DNA of 64,000 nucleotides from an uncultured Verrucomicrobiae bacterium. Its GTDB lineage: Bacteria; Verrucomicrobiota; Verrucomicrobiia; Chthoniobacterales; UBA10450. The notes beneath the pieces are model-generated. The model saw nothing but the letters and a program-made list of their open reading frames with translations. It ran no database searches and was not told where the DNA came from. The stretch lies in assembly GCA_963735805.1 (NCBI GenBank), contig CAVTMK010000002.1, positions 608,001 to 672,000 of the forward strand. Direction: 5' to 3'. The stretch's first letter is position 1. The number at the start of each line of letters is the position of its first letter. A program made the position numbers and the translations under genes. Shown one piece after another: positions 9,549 to 19,522 of the stretch.

Positions 9549-10778
9549 ATGGCCCAATTAGCTAGTTCGACGGGAGAAAAGCTCGCTCAGCGGGTGGCAG
9601 TCGTGGCTGCAGGAGTGGTGAGTCCATTGGGGTTTGGACTGGCGGAGACACTCGATTCGTTGCGGAGGGCGAAAGACTGCGTCACTCAGGTAACACGATT
9701 TTCAGTAGCAGAATGCCGTTGCAAAACAGCCGGCCAGGTGCCTGACGATCGCCTCGTTACCGGTGTGAATAAAAGACTTCGCGCCAAACGGTTGCATCGA
9801 GCGTCGCATATGATGATTCGCGCGCTACGAGAGGCTGTAGCGCAAATGCCCCGATTTGAACCGGAACTAACCGTGATCGGAACGACAAGCGGCGGCATGT
9901 CCTATGGAGAGCGCTATTACCGGTCGCTGCGTCAATCAGGGGATCTCCGACATGCACCAACGTGGATCGCTAATTACCCGGCACAAAAACCCGTAATCGA
10001 CGCGCAGGAGGAGGTTCTCGGGATTTCTGTGCCATGTCAGGTGATTGCGAACGCCTGTGCCTCCGGCACAAATGCAATCGGCCATGCATTCGAATGCGTC
10101 CGATCGGGACGCTACCAGCGCGTATTGACCGGAGGCTACGACGCTCTTTCGGAACTGGTCTTCACTGGCTTCGATTCACTCCAAGCCTCGACGCCTGAGA
10201 AGTGCCGCCCGTTTGATCGACATCGCGCCGGCATGGTGCTGGGTGAAGGTGCCGCCATTCTCGCACTGGAAAACCTCGACCTCGCTCGAAAGCGTGGCGC
10301 GCCCGTCCTCGGAGAAATTGTCGGTTACGGAATTTCAACGGATAATTTTCACATCACCCAGCCGAATCCTTCCGGTATTGGACCGCGACAGGCAATGGAG
10401 CGAGCTCTCCAGAGCGCGCATATCTCATCGGCAGAAGTGGATTACATTAACGCGCACGGAACCGCCACGACATTTAATGATGCAGCGGAAGGGAAGGCAA
10501 TCAGCGCGTTGTTCAATGGCGTGCCAGTAAGTTCGACCAAGAGTATGATGGGTCATTCCCTGGGGGCCGCGGGCGCGATCGAAGCCGTTTTCTGTTTGCT
10601 GGCGCTCAAAGATCAATTTCTTCCTGCCAACATCAATTTTGGCGCCCTGGATGAAGATCTTGATCTAAACATCGTAGCGAATGAGTCGCGGCCGGCTACT
10701 GTCCGCACGGCGCTTTCGAATTCCTTTGGTTTCGGCGGCACGAATGCTTCGATTCTGATGCGTAGGATTGGAGCATGA
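9549..10778 (+). CDS. Beta-ketoacyl-ACP synthase (FabF-like KS)
   Basis: ANACASG (Cys), INAHGTAT and GHSLGAAG (His-His), SNSFGFGG. Confidence 0.92.
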   Translation: MAQLASSTGEKLAQRVAVVAAGVVSPLGFGLAETLDSLRRAKDCVTQVTRFSVAECRCKTAGQVPDDRLVTGVNKRLRAKRLHRASHMMIRALREAVAQMPRFEPELTVIGTTSGGMSYGERYYRSLRQSGDLRHAPTWIANYPAQKPVIDAQEEVLGISVPCQVIANACASGTNAIGHAFECVRSGRYQRVLTGGYDALSELVFTGFDSLQASTPEKCRPFDRHRAGMVLGEGAAILALENLDLARKRGAPVLGEIVGYGISTDNFHITQPNPSGIGPRQAMERALQSAHISSAEVDYINAHGTATTFNDAAEGKAISALFNGVPVSSTKSMMGHSLGAAGAIEAVFCLLALKDQFLPANINFGALDEDLDLNIVANESRPATVRTALSNSFGFGGTNASILMRRIGA

Positions 10779-11902
10779 GTCTGGCGATCGCCGGAATGGG
10801 GTGGGTGACCCCTCTTGGAAATGGCGCCGATTCAATATGGCAGCGGTTGCTCGATGGCCATGAGGCATCCCCGACCACGATTTCCGAACAATTTGGGAAT
10901 CGATCATACGATGCTTTTCGCGTGCCCGAATCGGCCCTGACGGGCTTGGCTCATCCACGTCTTCGGCGGGCGAGTTTGATTTCGCGATTTGCCGCAGCGG
11001 CAGGTTTGGAAGCGTTGAAGGCGGCTGGAGTAGAGGTGGAATCGGAGAATGCGGAACGAATTGCGCTAATATTCGCGATCTCGAACGGAGGCGTGATCTA
11101 CACAAAGCGCTTCTATCGCGATATTGTGGAGGCAGGTGCGCAGTCAGCCAGCCCGCTTTTGTTTCCAGAAACAGTCTTTAACGCACCAGCGAGCCATCTT
11201 GCGGCAATCCTAAGTGTTGCCGGTGTCACTTACACCGTAGTCGGCGACGGAGCTGTGGGACTCTTGGCGATAAAAATGGCTGAGGATGTGATGGCAAATG
11301 AAGCTCTTGATTATTGCCTGGTCGTGGGGACAGAGGAGGTTGATTGGGTGTTGTGCGACGCGTACCGGCGATGGCGGTTGCTTCGCCTGGCGCCTCCAAT
11401 TGAGCCATTCAGCAAACGCGAGCGAGGGATGATTTTGAGCGAGGGAGCTGGTGCAATTCTACTCGGACGAAGCGGTTCGGTTACAATCGAACGGACTCAT
11501 CCGGGCGGCTGCTACGGAAAGAGAGCGCAAGCAGAGGAGATTCTGAAGCGAATGCTGAGGGACCTCAATCAAACCGAAACCGACTTTGTGATCTCGAGCG
11601 CTAACGGCACGTTCATCGATCAAGCAGAGAAGCGAGCGTTGGAGCAGCTCATTCCGGATGCAGTTATCTACACAGCAAAGCCGGCGTTGGGCGAAAGCAT
11701 AGGCGCCTCGGGGCTATGGCAAGTCATCGTGGGAGCCCAGGCCTTGCGATGTCGGGAGCTTCCACCGGTGCTTCACGCTGATCCGAACATTTCGTTGCGA
11801 CTTTCGCGTTCGCGCATGCCTTTGTCGGGTGCGCACCGTGCAATCATCTTAAGCTCTGGAGTCAATCAACAGCTGGCCGGTTTGCGACTGGTCCTTCGCT
11901 GA
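10775..11902 (+). CDS. Catalytically degenerate ketosynthase / chain-length-factor-like protein
   Basis: KS fold motifs (AGMGWVTPLG, ASPLLFPETVFNAPAS, SEGAGAILL) but no catalytic Cys/His; ATGA overlap with upstream KS. Confidence 0.8.
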   Translation: MSLAIAGMGWVTPLGNGADSIWQRLLDGHEASPTTISEQFGNRSYDAFRVPESALTGLAHPRLRRASLISRFAAAAGLEALKAAGVEVESENAERIALIFAISNGGVIYTKRFYRDIVEAGAQSASPLLFPETVFNAPASHLAAILSVAGVTYTVVGDGAVGLLAIKMAEDVMANEALDYCLVVGTEEVDWVLCDAYRRWRLLRLAPPIEPFSKRERGMILSEGAGAILLGRSGSVTIERTHPGGCYGKRAQAEEILKRMLRDLNQTETDFVISSANGTFIDQAEKRALEQLIPDAVIYTAKPALGESIGASGLWQVIVGAQALRCRELPPVLHADPNISLRLSRSRMPLSGAHRAIILSSGVNQQLAGLRLVLR

Positions 11903-11986
11903 TATCGCAGCCCCATTGGCGACTCGCAGCCTTCGGATGCTCCAAGCATTTGTTGTCGCTTGGGATTCGCCTGCTCAGAATTGAAT

Positions 11987-12451
11987 TCAACAAAGCGGGA
12001 CCAGTCTCCAGGTGAATTTTTTGTCGGCGATTTCAAGCCATGCCACACTCGGCGGTGCGCCTTGGTTGGCTCGCGTCACGCAACCGGGGTTCAAAAACAG
12101 CACGCTTCCGCGCTTTTCGTTTCGCGGAACGTGCGTGTGTCCGTGCAGAAAAACGTCGACCTCAGCTGGCAAGTAATCAGGCGGTATGTGTTGGAGACGA
12201 AACCTCAATCGGCCTCGCACAAGATCGGCAACCAGCGGCCATTCCCCATTGCTGTCGCAGTTTCCTCGCACGACTGTGAGTTGCGGCACAATTGCGCGAA
12301 GCTCGTCGAGAATTGTCTCCGTGCAAACGTCGCCGAGATGCCAGATTTCATCTGCATTTGTGGCGATTCCTCTCACTTTTTCAGGTAAACGATTGTGCGT
12401 ATCCGCCAGGACCAAGATGCGCGATGTATCCTTTGATTTTTTCCCATTCAT
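11987..12451 (-). CDS. YfcE-like metallophosphoesterase
   Basis: ADTH, HLGD, RGNCD, HGHTH, NPG. Confidence 0.92.
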   Translation of the reverse strand: MNGKKSKDTSRILVLADTHNRLPEKVRGIATNADEIWHLGDVCTETILDELRAIVPQLTVVRGNCDSNGEWPLVADLVRGRLRFRLQHIPPDYLPAEVDVFLHGHTHVPRNEKRGSVLFLNPGCVTRANQGAPPSVAWLEIADKKFTWRLVPLC

Positions 12452-12521
12452 GCCGTTTTAGCCTCTCTCACTGCGTTGATTTGCGCGGTGGTGGATGTTA
12501 CGTAGCCTCGTCCGCCTCTCC

Positions 12522-15284
12522 ATGAGTCAGAACTACAAAAATACTCTTAATTTGCCACGCACGGAATTTCCGATGAAGGCGAATCTCGCCGCGCGCGAAC
12601 CGGAAATGCTGCGCGTGTGGGAGGAGACACGACTCTATCAACAGATCCAGAGGTCGAGGCAGGGTCACGAGCTGTTTGTGCTCCACGACGGTCCACCATT
12701 CGCCAATGGAGATGTGCACATGGGAACGGCGCTCAACAAAATCCTTAAAGATTTCGTAGTGAAATCGCAGACTATGCTGGGTAAACGCGCTCCGTACGTG
12801 CCGGGCTGGGATTGTCATGGTCTGCCCATCGAATACAAGGTAGTGAAGGAATCCCGGGACCTTTCACCGCTCGAAGTTCGCAAGAGATCGGAAGCGTTTG
12901 CCTGGAAATTCGTTAATATCCAGCGCGAGCAATTCAAACGGCTGGGCGTCTTCGGCGATTGGGAGAACCCGTATCTCACGATGGCCCCCAAATACGAGGC
13001 GGAAATCCTTCGTGCCTTCGCCGTATTCGTCGAAAAAGGTCTCGTTTATCAATCTCAAAAGCCAGTGTTTTGGAGCACCGGTGCGCAGACCGCACTGGCC
13101 GAGGCCGAGGTAGAATACCAGGAGCGTGATGACATAGCGGTTTACGTGCGATTCCCGCTTTCTCCCGAGCAACTGGCGAAAATCGGTTTACCACCCGACA
13201 AACCAATCAGCGTTGCGATTTGGACAACGACACCATGGACCCTGCCCGCGAACCTAGCGATTGCAGTGGATCCTAACGCCGAATACGAAATCCTGGGCAA
13301 CGAGCATGAGCGAGTGATCGTTGCCCGCAAGCTTCGCGATCAATTCATTCAGCAAACTGGTTTCGAGCCCGGCAACGAATCGACTTTTGTTGGTGGCAAG
13401 CAGCTGGTTGGGCTTCAGGCGCAACATCCATTTCTCGACCGAAAATCATCAATATTGGCTGCGGATTTTGTAACCATGGATACGGGCACAGGCTTGGTGC
13501 ATATCGCGCCGGGCCACGGCGAGGACGACTACTGGTTAGGCAGGGCTAACGGCTTGGAAATTCTTTCGCCTGTTGACGATCACGGACGCTTTACCGACGA
13601 AGCGAGTTTGCCAAATCTCACTGGGAAATATGTGTTCGACGCTAACACGGACATTGTCCATTTGTTGCGCGAGCGGAAAATGTTGCTTGGCCAACAGAAT
13701 TTTCATCATTCTTACCCTTACTGTTGGCGCTCGAAGACACCGATCATCTTTCGCAATGTGGAGCAGTTCTTTATTCGGATCGATGAGCTCCGCGGGAAAG
13801 CGCTTGATGCCATTCATAACGAAGTGAAATGGGTTCCAGCGTGGGGTGAAAACCGCATCGCGGGCACTGTTGAATCTCGCCCCGACTGGGTGATTTCGCG
13901 CCAACGAAGCTGGGGCGTACCGCTTCCTGTTTTCTATTCGAAGGATGGAGAAGCAATTCTCGATGCTAAAATTATCCGCAAGCTGGCAGATCTGGTTGCA
14001 GCGCGGGGTTCAAATATCTGGTTCGAATTGAACGACGTCGACCTTGCCAAGCAACTTGGTCTTCCGCCGGGGACAACAAAACGCAACGATACAATCGATG
14101 TTTGGATCGACAGCGGTGTCTCGCACAAGGCGGTCTGCGCGTTGCATCCAGAGCTGCGCGATCCAGCCGATATGTATCTCGAAGCCACCGATCAACATCG
14201 CGGCTGGTTTCAATCGTCGCTGATGACGAGCATCGCCCTCAATAATCGCGCGCCATACAAAATTTGTTTGACCCACGGTTTCGTCGTCGATCTCGACGGA
14301 AAGAAAATTTCCAAGTCTGCCGCGTACGAGAAGCCGATGGATGCGGGCCATTTTGTGGAAAAACACGGCGCGGACCTGGTGCGATTGTGGGCGAGCAGTA
14401 TCGATTACACTGCTGACGTTCCTTTTTCCGAGGAGATTTTCACCCGTCTGGGCGACACGTATCGCCGGATTCGAAATACGCTGCGGATTTTGCTCGGAAA
14501 CCTTTACGATTCTCGTGTAGCCGCGGTCGCTGACCGCGGACCGCAGTCAACCCGCGCAAGCGCAACCCTAATCGATCGCTGGATTTTAGAGCGTTTGAAC
14601 CAGGTGATCGCTGATTGTCGATCAGCATATGAAGCGTTCGAGTTCCACAAGGTCTATCACGTGTTGAATCAGTTTTGCGCCGTCGACTTAAGTAGCCTCT
14701 ACATCGATATCACCAAGGATCGGATGTATTGCGACGCGGCAGATTCGCCTCGCCGTCGGGCAACACAAACAGTCATGCGTGAAGTATTCGACGCCCTGTG
14801 CCGATTACTTGCGCCGGTTCTCGTTTTCACCGCCGAGGAGTCGTGGCGACATTCGGCGGCTGGCGGTTCAGTTCATCTGCAGGAATTTCCGCAGGTAGAC
14901 TATCGAGGGCGCGAGGCAAGCGATCAGGTTGCGGAACTTCTCAAATTACGCGGCATAATCGGTCAGGCGATCGAGCAGGCGCGGCAGGAAAAGGTAATCG
15001 GGAATGCTCTCGAAGCGGCGGTCGTGTTGCATTCAAACTCCGATGTCACGAGCAAGATTAGCAAAGAGGAGTTGGAGGAATTCTTTATCCTAAGCGATTT
15101 GACCATCCGCCAATCGGAGGAAGCCGGCGCGTTGGTCACCAAGACGGCGTATAAAAAATGTGCCCGTTGTTGGCGTCATCGCCCAGCCGTCGGCACAAGT
15201 AAAGAGCATCCCGATTTATGTGATCGATGCGAAGGCGTAGTAGAGGCGAGCAAGAGCAGCCTCATACAAGAGAGCGCCGACTGA
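12522..15284 (+). CDS. ileS: Isoleucine--tRNA ligase (type 1)
   Basis: HDGPPFANG, GWDCHGLPIE, WTTTPWT, GTGLVH, KISKS, C-terminal CARCW..CDRC zinc finger. Confidence 0.97.
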   Translation: MSQNYKNTLNLPRTEFPMKANLAAREPEMLRVWEETRLYQQIQRSRQGHELFVLHDGPPFANGDVHMGTALNKILKDFVVKSQTMLGKRAPYVPGWDCHGLPIEYKVVKESRDLSPLEVRKRSEAFAWKFVNIQREQFKRLGVFGDWENPYLTMAPKYEAEILRAFAVFVEKGLVYQSQKPVFWSTGAQTALAEAEVEYQERDDIAVYVRFPLSPEQLAKIGLPPDKPISVAIWTTTPWTLPANLAIAVDPNAEYEILGNEHERVIVARKLRDQFIQQTGFEPGNESTFVGGKQLVGLQAQHPFLDRKSSILAADFVTMDTGTGLVHIAPGHGEDDYWLGRANGLEILSPVDDHGRFTDEASLPNLTGKYVFDANTDIVHLLRERKMLLGQQNFHHSYPYCWRSKTPIIFRNVEQFFIRIDELRGKALDAIHNEVKWVPAWGENRIAGTVESRPDWVISRQRSWGVPLPVFYSKDGEAILDAKIIRKLADLVAARGSNIWFELNDVDLAKQLGLPPGTTKRNDTIDVWIDSGVSHKAVCALHPELRDPADMYLEATDQHRGWFQSSLMTSIALNNRAPYKICLTHGFVVDLDGKKISKSAAYEKPMDAGHFVEKHGADLVRLWASSIDYTADVPFSEEIFTRLGDTYRRIRNTLRILLGNLYDSRVAAVADRGPQSTRASATLIDRWILERLNQVIADCRSAYEAFEFHKVYHVLNQFCAVDLSSLYIDITKDRMYCDAADSPRRRATQTVMREVFDALCRLLAPVLVFTAEESWRHSAAGGSVHLQEFPQVDYRGREASDQVAELLKLRGIIGQAIEQARQEKVIGNALEAAVVLHSNSDVTSKISKEELEEFFILSDLTIRQSEEAGALVTKTAYKKCARCWRHRPAVGTSKEHPDLCDRCEGVVEASKSSLIQESAD

Positions 15285-15301
15285 CGCCACGTCAATTGAT
15301 C

Positions 15302-15404
15302 TGTCATGTCGAGCGAATCGAGACATCTCTAATTATATAATGCGTGCCATCAAGAAAAGCAGTGAGAGATTCCTCGACTCTGCTTCGCTGCGCTCGGAAT
15401 AACA
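15302..15404. repeat. REP-like palindromic element
   Basis: TGTCATGTCGAGCGAATCGAGACATCTCT ... AGAGATTCCTCGACT..CGCTCGGAATAACA inverted arms. Confidence 0.75.
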
Positions 15405-15414
15405 AGATGTGAAT

Positions 15415-15882
15415 ATGAAATTCATTCTTTTCCTCTCACTTCCGCTTTACGCACTGGATCAGTTGACCAAGCAGGTAGTTCTGCGGTTCATTAGCTCTGA
15501 CCAGCCGCGCGTTCTGGTCGCCGATTTCTTCAGTTTGGTTAATGTGACCAACACCGGCGCGGCATTTGGCTCATTTAGAGGCAACAACACCTTTTTCATC
15601 GCCATTTCATCCGTTGCGCTTGTGGTTGTTCTGGGCCTCCTCCTGCAGGCGCGAACAGTTGATCGTTGGCGTGATATTTCTCTGGCGCTTCTTCTCGCCG
15701 GGATCCTGGGAAATCTTACTGATCGGCTTCTTTATGGGCATGTGATTGATTTTCTGCTTTTCGATTTGCACGTCCCATATGCGCATCCCTGGCCGGCCTT
15801 TAATGTCGCCGACTCCTGTATCTCGGTTGCGGTGGTGTTGTTTCTTATTCATTCCTTCTGGAGGCAGAAGAGCACTGATTAG
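15415..15882 (+). CDS. lspA: Lipoprotein signal peptidase II
   Basis: DQLTK, NTGAAFG, GNLTDR, VIDF, FNVAD; follows ileS. Confidence 0.96.
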   Translation: MKFILFLSLPLYALDQLTKQVVLRFISSDQPRVLVADFFSLVNVTNTGAAFGSFRGNNTFFIAISSVALVVVLGLLLQARTVDRWRDISLALLLAGILGNLTDRLLYGHVIDFLLFDLHVPYAHPWPAFNVADSCISVAVVLFLIHSFWRQKSTD

Positions 15883-15938
15883 ACGCGCGCTGCGGTGATG
15901 CGTTGCGCTTCACGTCGCCAACCAGCTACAGTGACCGA

Positions 15939-17273
15939 ATGAAACCGACGCCGATGGAAGCCGCGGCGCGCAAGGTTGCTGAGCGCTTGCGCGAGAGCGG
16001 TCACATCGCGTATTTCGCCGGTGGTTGCGTGCGCGACATGGTGCGCGGGCTGACGCCAAAGGATTACGACATCGCCACGGATGCGCGACCGGAAGTGGTG
16101 CAGAGACTCTTTCCAAGGACCTATGCGGTCGGCGCGCATTTTGGTGTGATCATCGTTCTGGAAAACGATTTCCAATTCGAGGTGGCAACATTTCGGTCCG
16201 ACGACGCTTATATTGACGGACGGCACCCGACCGCAGTTCACTTTTCATCGCCCGAAGAGGATGCCCAGCGCCGGGATTTCACGATCAACGGAATGTTTTA
16301 CGATCCGGTCGCAGAGGACGTGATTGATTTCGTCGGTGGGCGCGCCGATATCGCGGCGAAATTGGTCCGTGCGATAGGCGATCCGGCGCAGCGTTTCGCG
16401 GAGGACCGGTTGCGAATGCTGCGCGCGGTACGGTTCGCGACGGTGCTCGATTACCAGATCGACAAGCAAACATGGGATGCGCTGGTCGCGAATGCTGCCT
16501 CAATCAATGAGATCAGCGCCGAACGAATTCGCGATGAGCTCGTGCGCATTTTTCTGTCGCCAAATCGCGGGCATGGATGGGACTTGCTCGACACAAGCGG
16601 ACTGATGCGTGCCGTTCTGCCTGAAATCGAATCGATGAAAGGGTGCGAACAGCCTGAGCAGTTTCATCCCGAAGGGGATGTTTTCAAGCATACGCGATTA
16701 ATGCTGGATTTTCTGACGGAAGAAGTTTCCGTGCCGCTCGTTTTTGCAGTCTTGTTTCATGACGTGGCCAAGCCGCGTACGGCAACGGTGGATGAAACCG
16801 GTCGAATTCGTTTTAGCGGGCATGATCGTCTAGGCGCGGAGATGACTGAAGAGATCATGCGGCGTTTGCGATTCTCTGGCGCTGAAATCGAGGATGCAGT
16901 CGAAATGGTGCGGCAGCATATGGTTTTCAAGGACGTGCCGAAGATGCGGGTGGCGAAACTAAAACGTTTCATGGCCCGGCCGACATTTAAAGACGAGCTC
17001 GAACTGCACCGGGTTGATTGCCAGGGCAGCCATCGCATGCTCGACAATCACGAATTTCTTCTCCGAAAACGCGCGGAATTCGCGAACGAACCGATTATTC
17101 CGCCGCCACTTGTACGAGGGGATGATCTGATTGCTCTCGGTTTAAGGCCGGGCCCAAAGTTTAGCGAGATTCTTGAAGCGATCGAGACGCGACAACTCGA
17201 AGGAACATTGCGCACTCGGGAGGAAGCGCTCGATTGGGTGAAGCGCGAATACTCGTTAGAGGATAGACATTAA
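15939..17273 (+). CDS. CCA tRNA nucleotidyltransferase / poly(A) polymerase family, with HD-like domain
   Basis: AGGCVRD, DYDIAT, EVATFR, RRDFTING, EDRLRMLRAVRF, FHDVAK. Confidence 0.9.
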   Translation: MKPTPMEAAARKVAERLRESGHIAYFAGGCVRDMVRGLTPKDYDIATDARPEVVQRLFPRTYAVGAHFGVIIVLENDFQFEVATFRSDDAYIDGRHPTAVHFSSPEEDAQRRDFTINGMFYDPVAEDVIDFVGGRADIAAKLVRAIGDPAQRFAEDRLRMLRAVRFATVLDYQIDKQTWDALVANAASINEISAERIRDELVRIFLSPNRGHGWDLLDTSGLMRAVLPEIESMKGCEQPEQFHPEGDVFKHTRLMLDFLTEEVSVPLVFAVLFHDVAKPRTATVDETGRIRFSGHDRLGAEMTEEIMRRLRFSGAEIEDAVEMVRQHMVFKDVPKMRVAKLKRFMARPTFKDELELHRVDCQGSHRMLDNHEFLLRKRAEFANEPIIPPPLVRGDDLIALGLRPGPKFSEILEAIETRQLEGTLRTREEALDWVKREYSLEDRH

Positions 17274-17279
17274 CATCCC

Positions 17280-18731
17280 ATGAGAATTCTGATGATAAGC
17301 GCCGAAGGGCCGCCGCTGCAGCGAACGGCCGCGCTGATCGACGTTATGGACGCGTTACCGGCTGCGTTGCGTGCCCGCGGGCACGAAGTGTGTGTGCTTC
17401 TTCCGTTCTACAGGGAGATCCGAGAAAACCGCGCATTCAAGAAACAGAACACTGGGATCGCTGTCGATGTGCGGGTGGGCGACAAAGTTCACGTTGCCCG
17501 GTACCTCGAGGCTCGAAGCGCCAGTGGCGTGCAGTTATTCCTGGTTCGTTGCGATGAATTTTTCGATCGCGAGGGAATTTACGGAGAACAGGGCAAACCC
17601 TACGAGGACAATGCCTCGCGATTCATCTTTTTTTGCAAGGCGGCGCTGGAGTTATCTCGCCGATTGACACCGCAAATACAGATTCTGCACGCGCATGATT
17701 GGGCGGCGGCACTTGTACCGGTGTTCGTGCATGCGCAGGGACTGCCGTTCAAGACGGTGTTGACTATTCATCATGTTGCTGATCAAGGCAGTTTTTGGGG
17801 ACTCGATTTCGCGCTTACAAATCTGCCGGAGCAGTTTTTCACGCTGCACGGCGTCGAATTCTTCGGCCGTCTGAATTTTCTCAAGGGTGGGATTTTGTAT
17901 GCCGATAGGATTACAACGGTAAGCGAACATTATCGGCGCGAAATCCTGATGCCATCCGGCGGTTACGGTCTCGATGGAGTGTTGCGCGAAAATGCGTCTC
18001 GCCTTAGCGCCATTTTAGATGGCGCCGATTACAAAATCTGGAATCCGGCGTCGGATCGTTTGCTGCCGGCGCGTTACGATGAAAAGAAGTTTCGCGGGAA
18101 AGAGGTCTGCCGGGATGCACTGCTCAAGGAAATGAAACTTGCATCCGGGCCGAGGGGTCCGGTCTTTGGCATGGTGACTCGCGTCGTTCATGAAAAAGGT
18201 TTCGAAATTCTGGTGCCGGTCCTGGATCGACTCTTGTGGGATGATGTGCGCTTGATCATCCTCGGCGAAGGTGATCCGGCATATGAAACCTCGCTTGCGG
18301 TCGCAGCCAGAAAATTTCCAACAAGGTTTGCATATCAAAAAGATTACGACGCAAAACTGGCGCACCTGATCCAGGCAGGGATGGACATCAGCCTGCTCCC
18401 ATCTCGGTTCGAGCCGGCTGGTCTGAGCGCCATGTATAACTTAAAGTATGGAGCTCTTCCCGTGGCGCGCGCGACCGGTGGTATTCACGAGATCATCGAA
18501 GACTACGATCCGAATTCGGACAGCGGTTACGGTTTCCTTTGTTACGAATATTCAAGCGAAGCGTTTTGGGATGCGATTAAGCGCGCCCGGCAAATCTTCG
18601 GCGACGGGAATCTCTGGACCAAACTGATGAAACGGGCAATGGCGCGCAATTTCTCGTGGGACGCATCTGCGCAGCGCTACGAAGATCTATACAGAGAACT
18701 GGTTGGCACGGCCGACCAAGCAGCAGCGTAA
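17280..18731 (+). CDS. glgA: Glycogen synthase-like GT5 glycosyltransferase (divergent ADP-glucose motif)
   Basis: RGHEV, HAHDW, LTIH, LKGG..YAD.ITTVS, PSRFEP; KTGGL appears as RTAAL. Confidence 0.85.
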   Translation: MRILMISAEGPPLQRTAALIDVMDALPAALRARGHEVCVLLPFYREIRENRAFKKQNTGIAVDVRVGDKVHVARYLEARSASGVQLFLVRCDEFFDREGIYGEQGKPYEDNASRFIFFCKAALELSRRLTPQIQILHAHDWAAALVPVFVHAQGLPFKTVLTIHHVADQGSFWGLDFALTNLPEQFFTLHGVEFFGRLNFLKGGILYADRITTVSEHYRREILMPSGGYGLDGVLRENASRLSAILDGADYKIWNPASDRLLPARYDEKKFRGKEVCRDALLKEMKLASGPRGPVFGMVTRVVHEKGFEILVPVLDRLLWDDVRLIILGEGDPAYETSLAVAARKFPTRFAYQKDYDAKLAHLIQAGMDISLLPSRFEPAGLSAMYNLKYGALPVARATGGIHEIIEDYDPNSDSGYGFLCYEYSSEAFWDAIKRARQIFGDGNLWTKLMKRAMARNFSWDASAQRYEDLYRELVGTADQAAA

Positions 18732-18821
18732 TCTGTAGACTGGGGCATTGCCGGGCGGATCAAGCTTTCGCTTGTCAAACCGGCCTATCTGTGGAACTTT
18801 GCGCGGCTTTTTCCCCGACTC

Positions 18822-19172
18822 ATGGCTTACGCAATAATTAAGACTGGTGGCAGGCAGTTTCGCGTCGCGGAAGGCGACACGATTGATGTCGATCTTCTGG
18901 ATGTCGAGTCTGGCAAGACCGCGATTTTCGGCGAGGTCTTGATGTTTGCCGACGGAAAAGACGTGACCTACGGGAGCCCGCTGATTTCCGGGGCGAAGGT
19001 CACAGCTGAAGTTCTGGAACAGCGCAAAGACAAAAAAGTCGTCGCGTTCAAGTACAAGCGGCGGAAGGGTTATCACCGGACGGTTGGCCATCGCCGCAAA
19101 TTGACGCGGGTGAAAATCAAAAGCATTAGTGTCGGAGCGAAAAAGACGGCAACCAAAAAGAGCGAAGAGTAA
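18822..19172 (+). CDS. rplU: 50S ribosomal protein L21
   Basis: YAIIKTGGRQFRV, KYKRRKGY..GHR. Confidence 0.97.
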   Translation: MAYAIIKTGGRQFRVAEGDTIDVDLLDVESGKTAIFGEVLMFADGKDVTYGSPLISGAKVTAEVLEQRKDKKVVAFKYKRRKGYHRTVGHRRKLTRVKIKSISVGAKKTATKKSEE

Positions 19173-19208
19173 AACGCTCAATGCCCGGCATCCAACGTCG
19201 AACCGAAT

Positions 19209-19466
19209 ATGGCTCATAAAAAAGGACAAGGCAGCGTTAAGAACGGCCGGGACAGTGTCAGCAAGCGCCTGGGTGTCAAAAAATTCGGCAGCGAAATAGT
19301 TGTCGCAGGCAATATCATCGTGCGCCAGCGAGGGACAAAATTCTTGCCTGGAAAAAATGTGGGCCTTGGCCGGGATTACACGATTTTTGCGCTAATTGAT
19401 GGAAGCGTGCGCTTCGATCGAGCCGGGCGCCGTGTTAACGTCGATCCATTGGTGACCGGGAACTAG
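19209..19466 (+). CDS. rpmA: 50S ribosomal protein L27
   Basis: [30 protein letters not shown]. Confidence 0.98.
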   Translation: MAHKKGQGSVKNGRDSVSKRLGVKKFGSEIVVAGNIIVRQRGTKFLPGKNVGLGRDYTIFALIDGSVRFDRAGRRVNVDPLVTGN

Positions 19467-19522
19467 TCGGGCCGATTCTGCTTCCCCGCGCCAGCCGCCT
19501 TCGGTATAAAAGCGTTCCGCTC

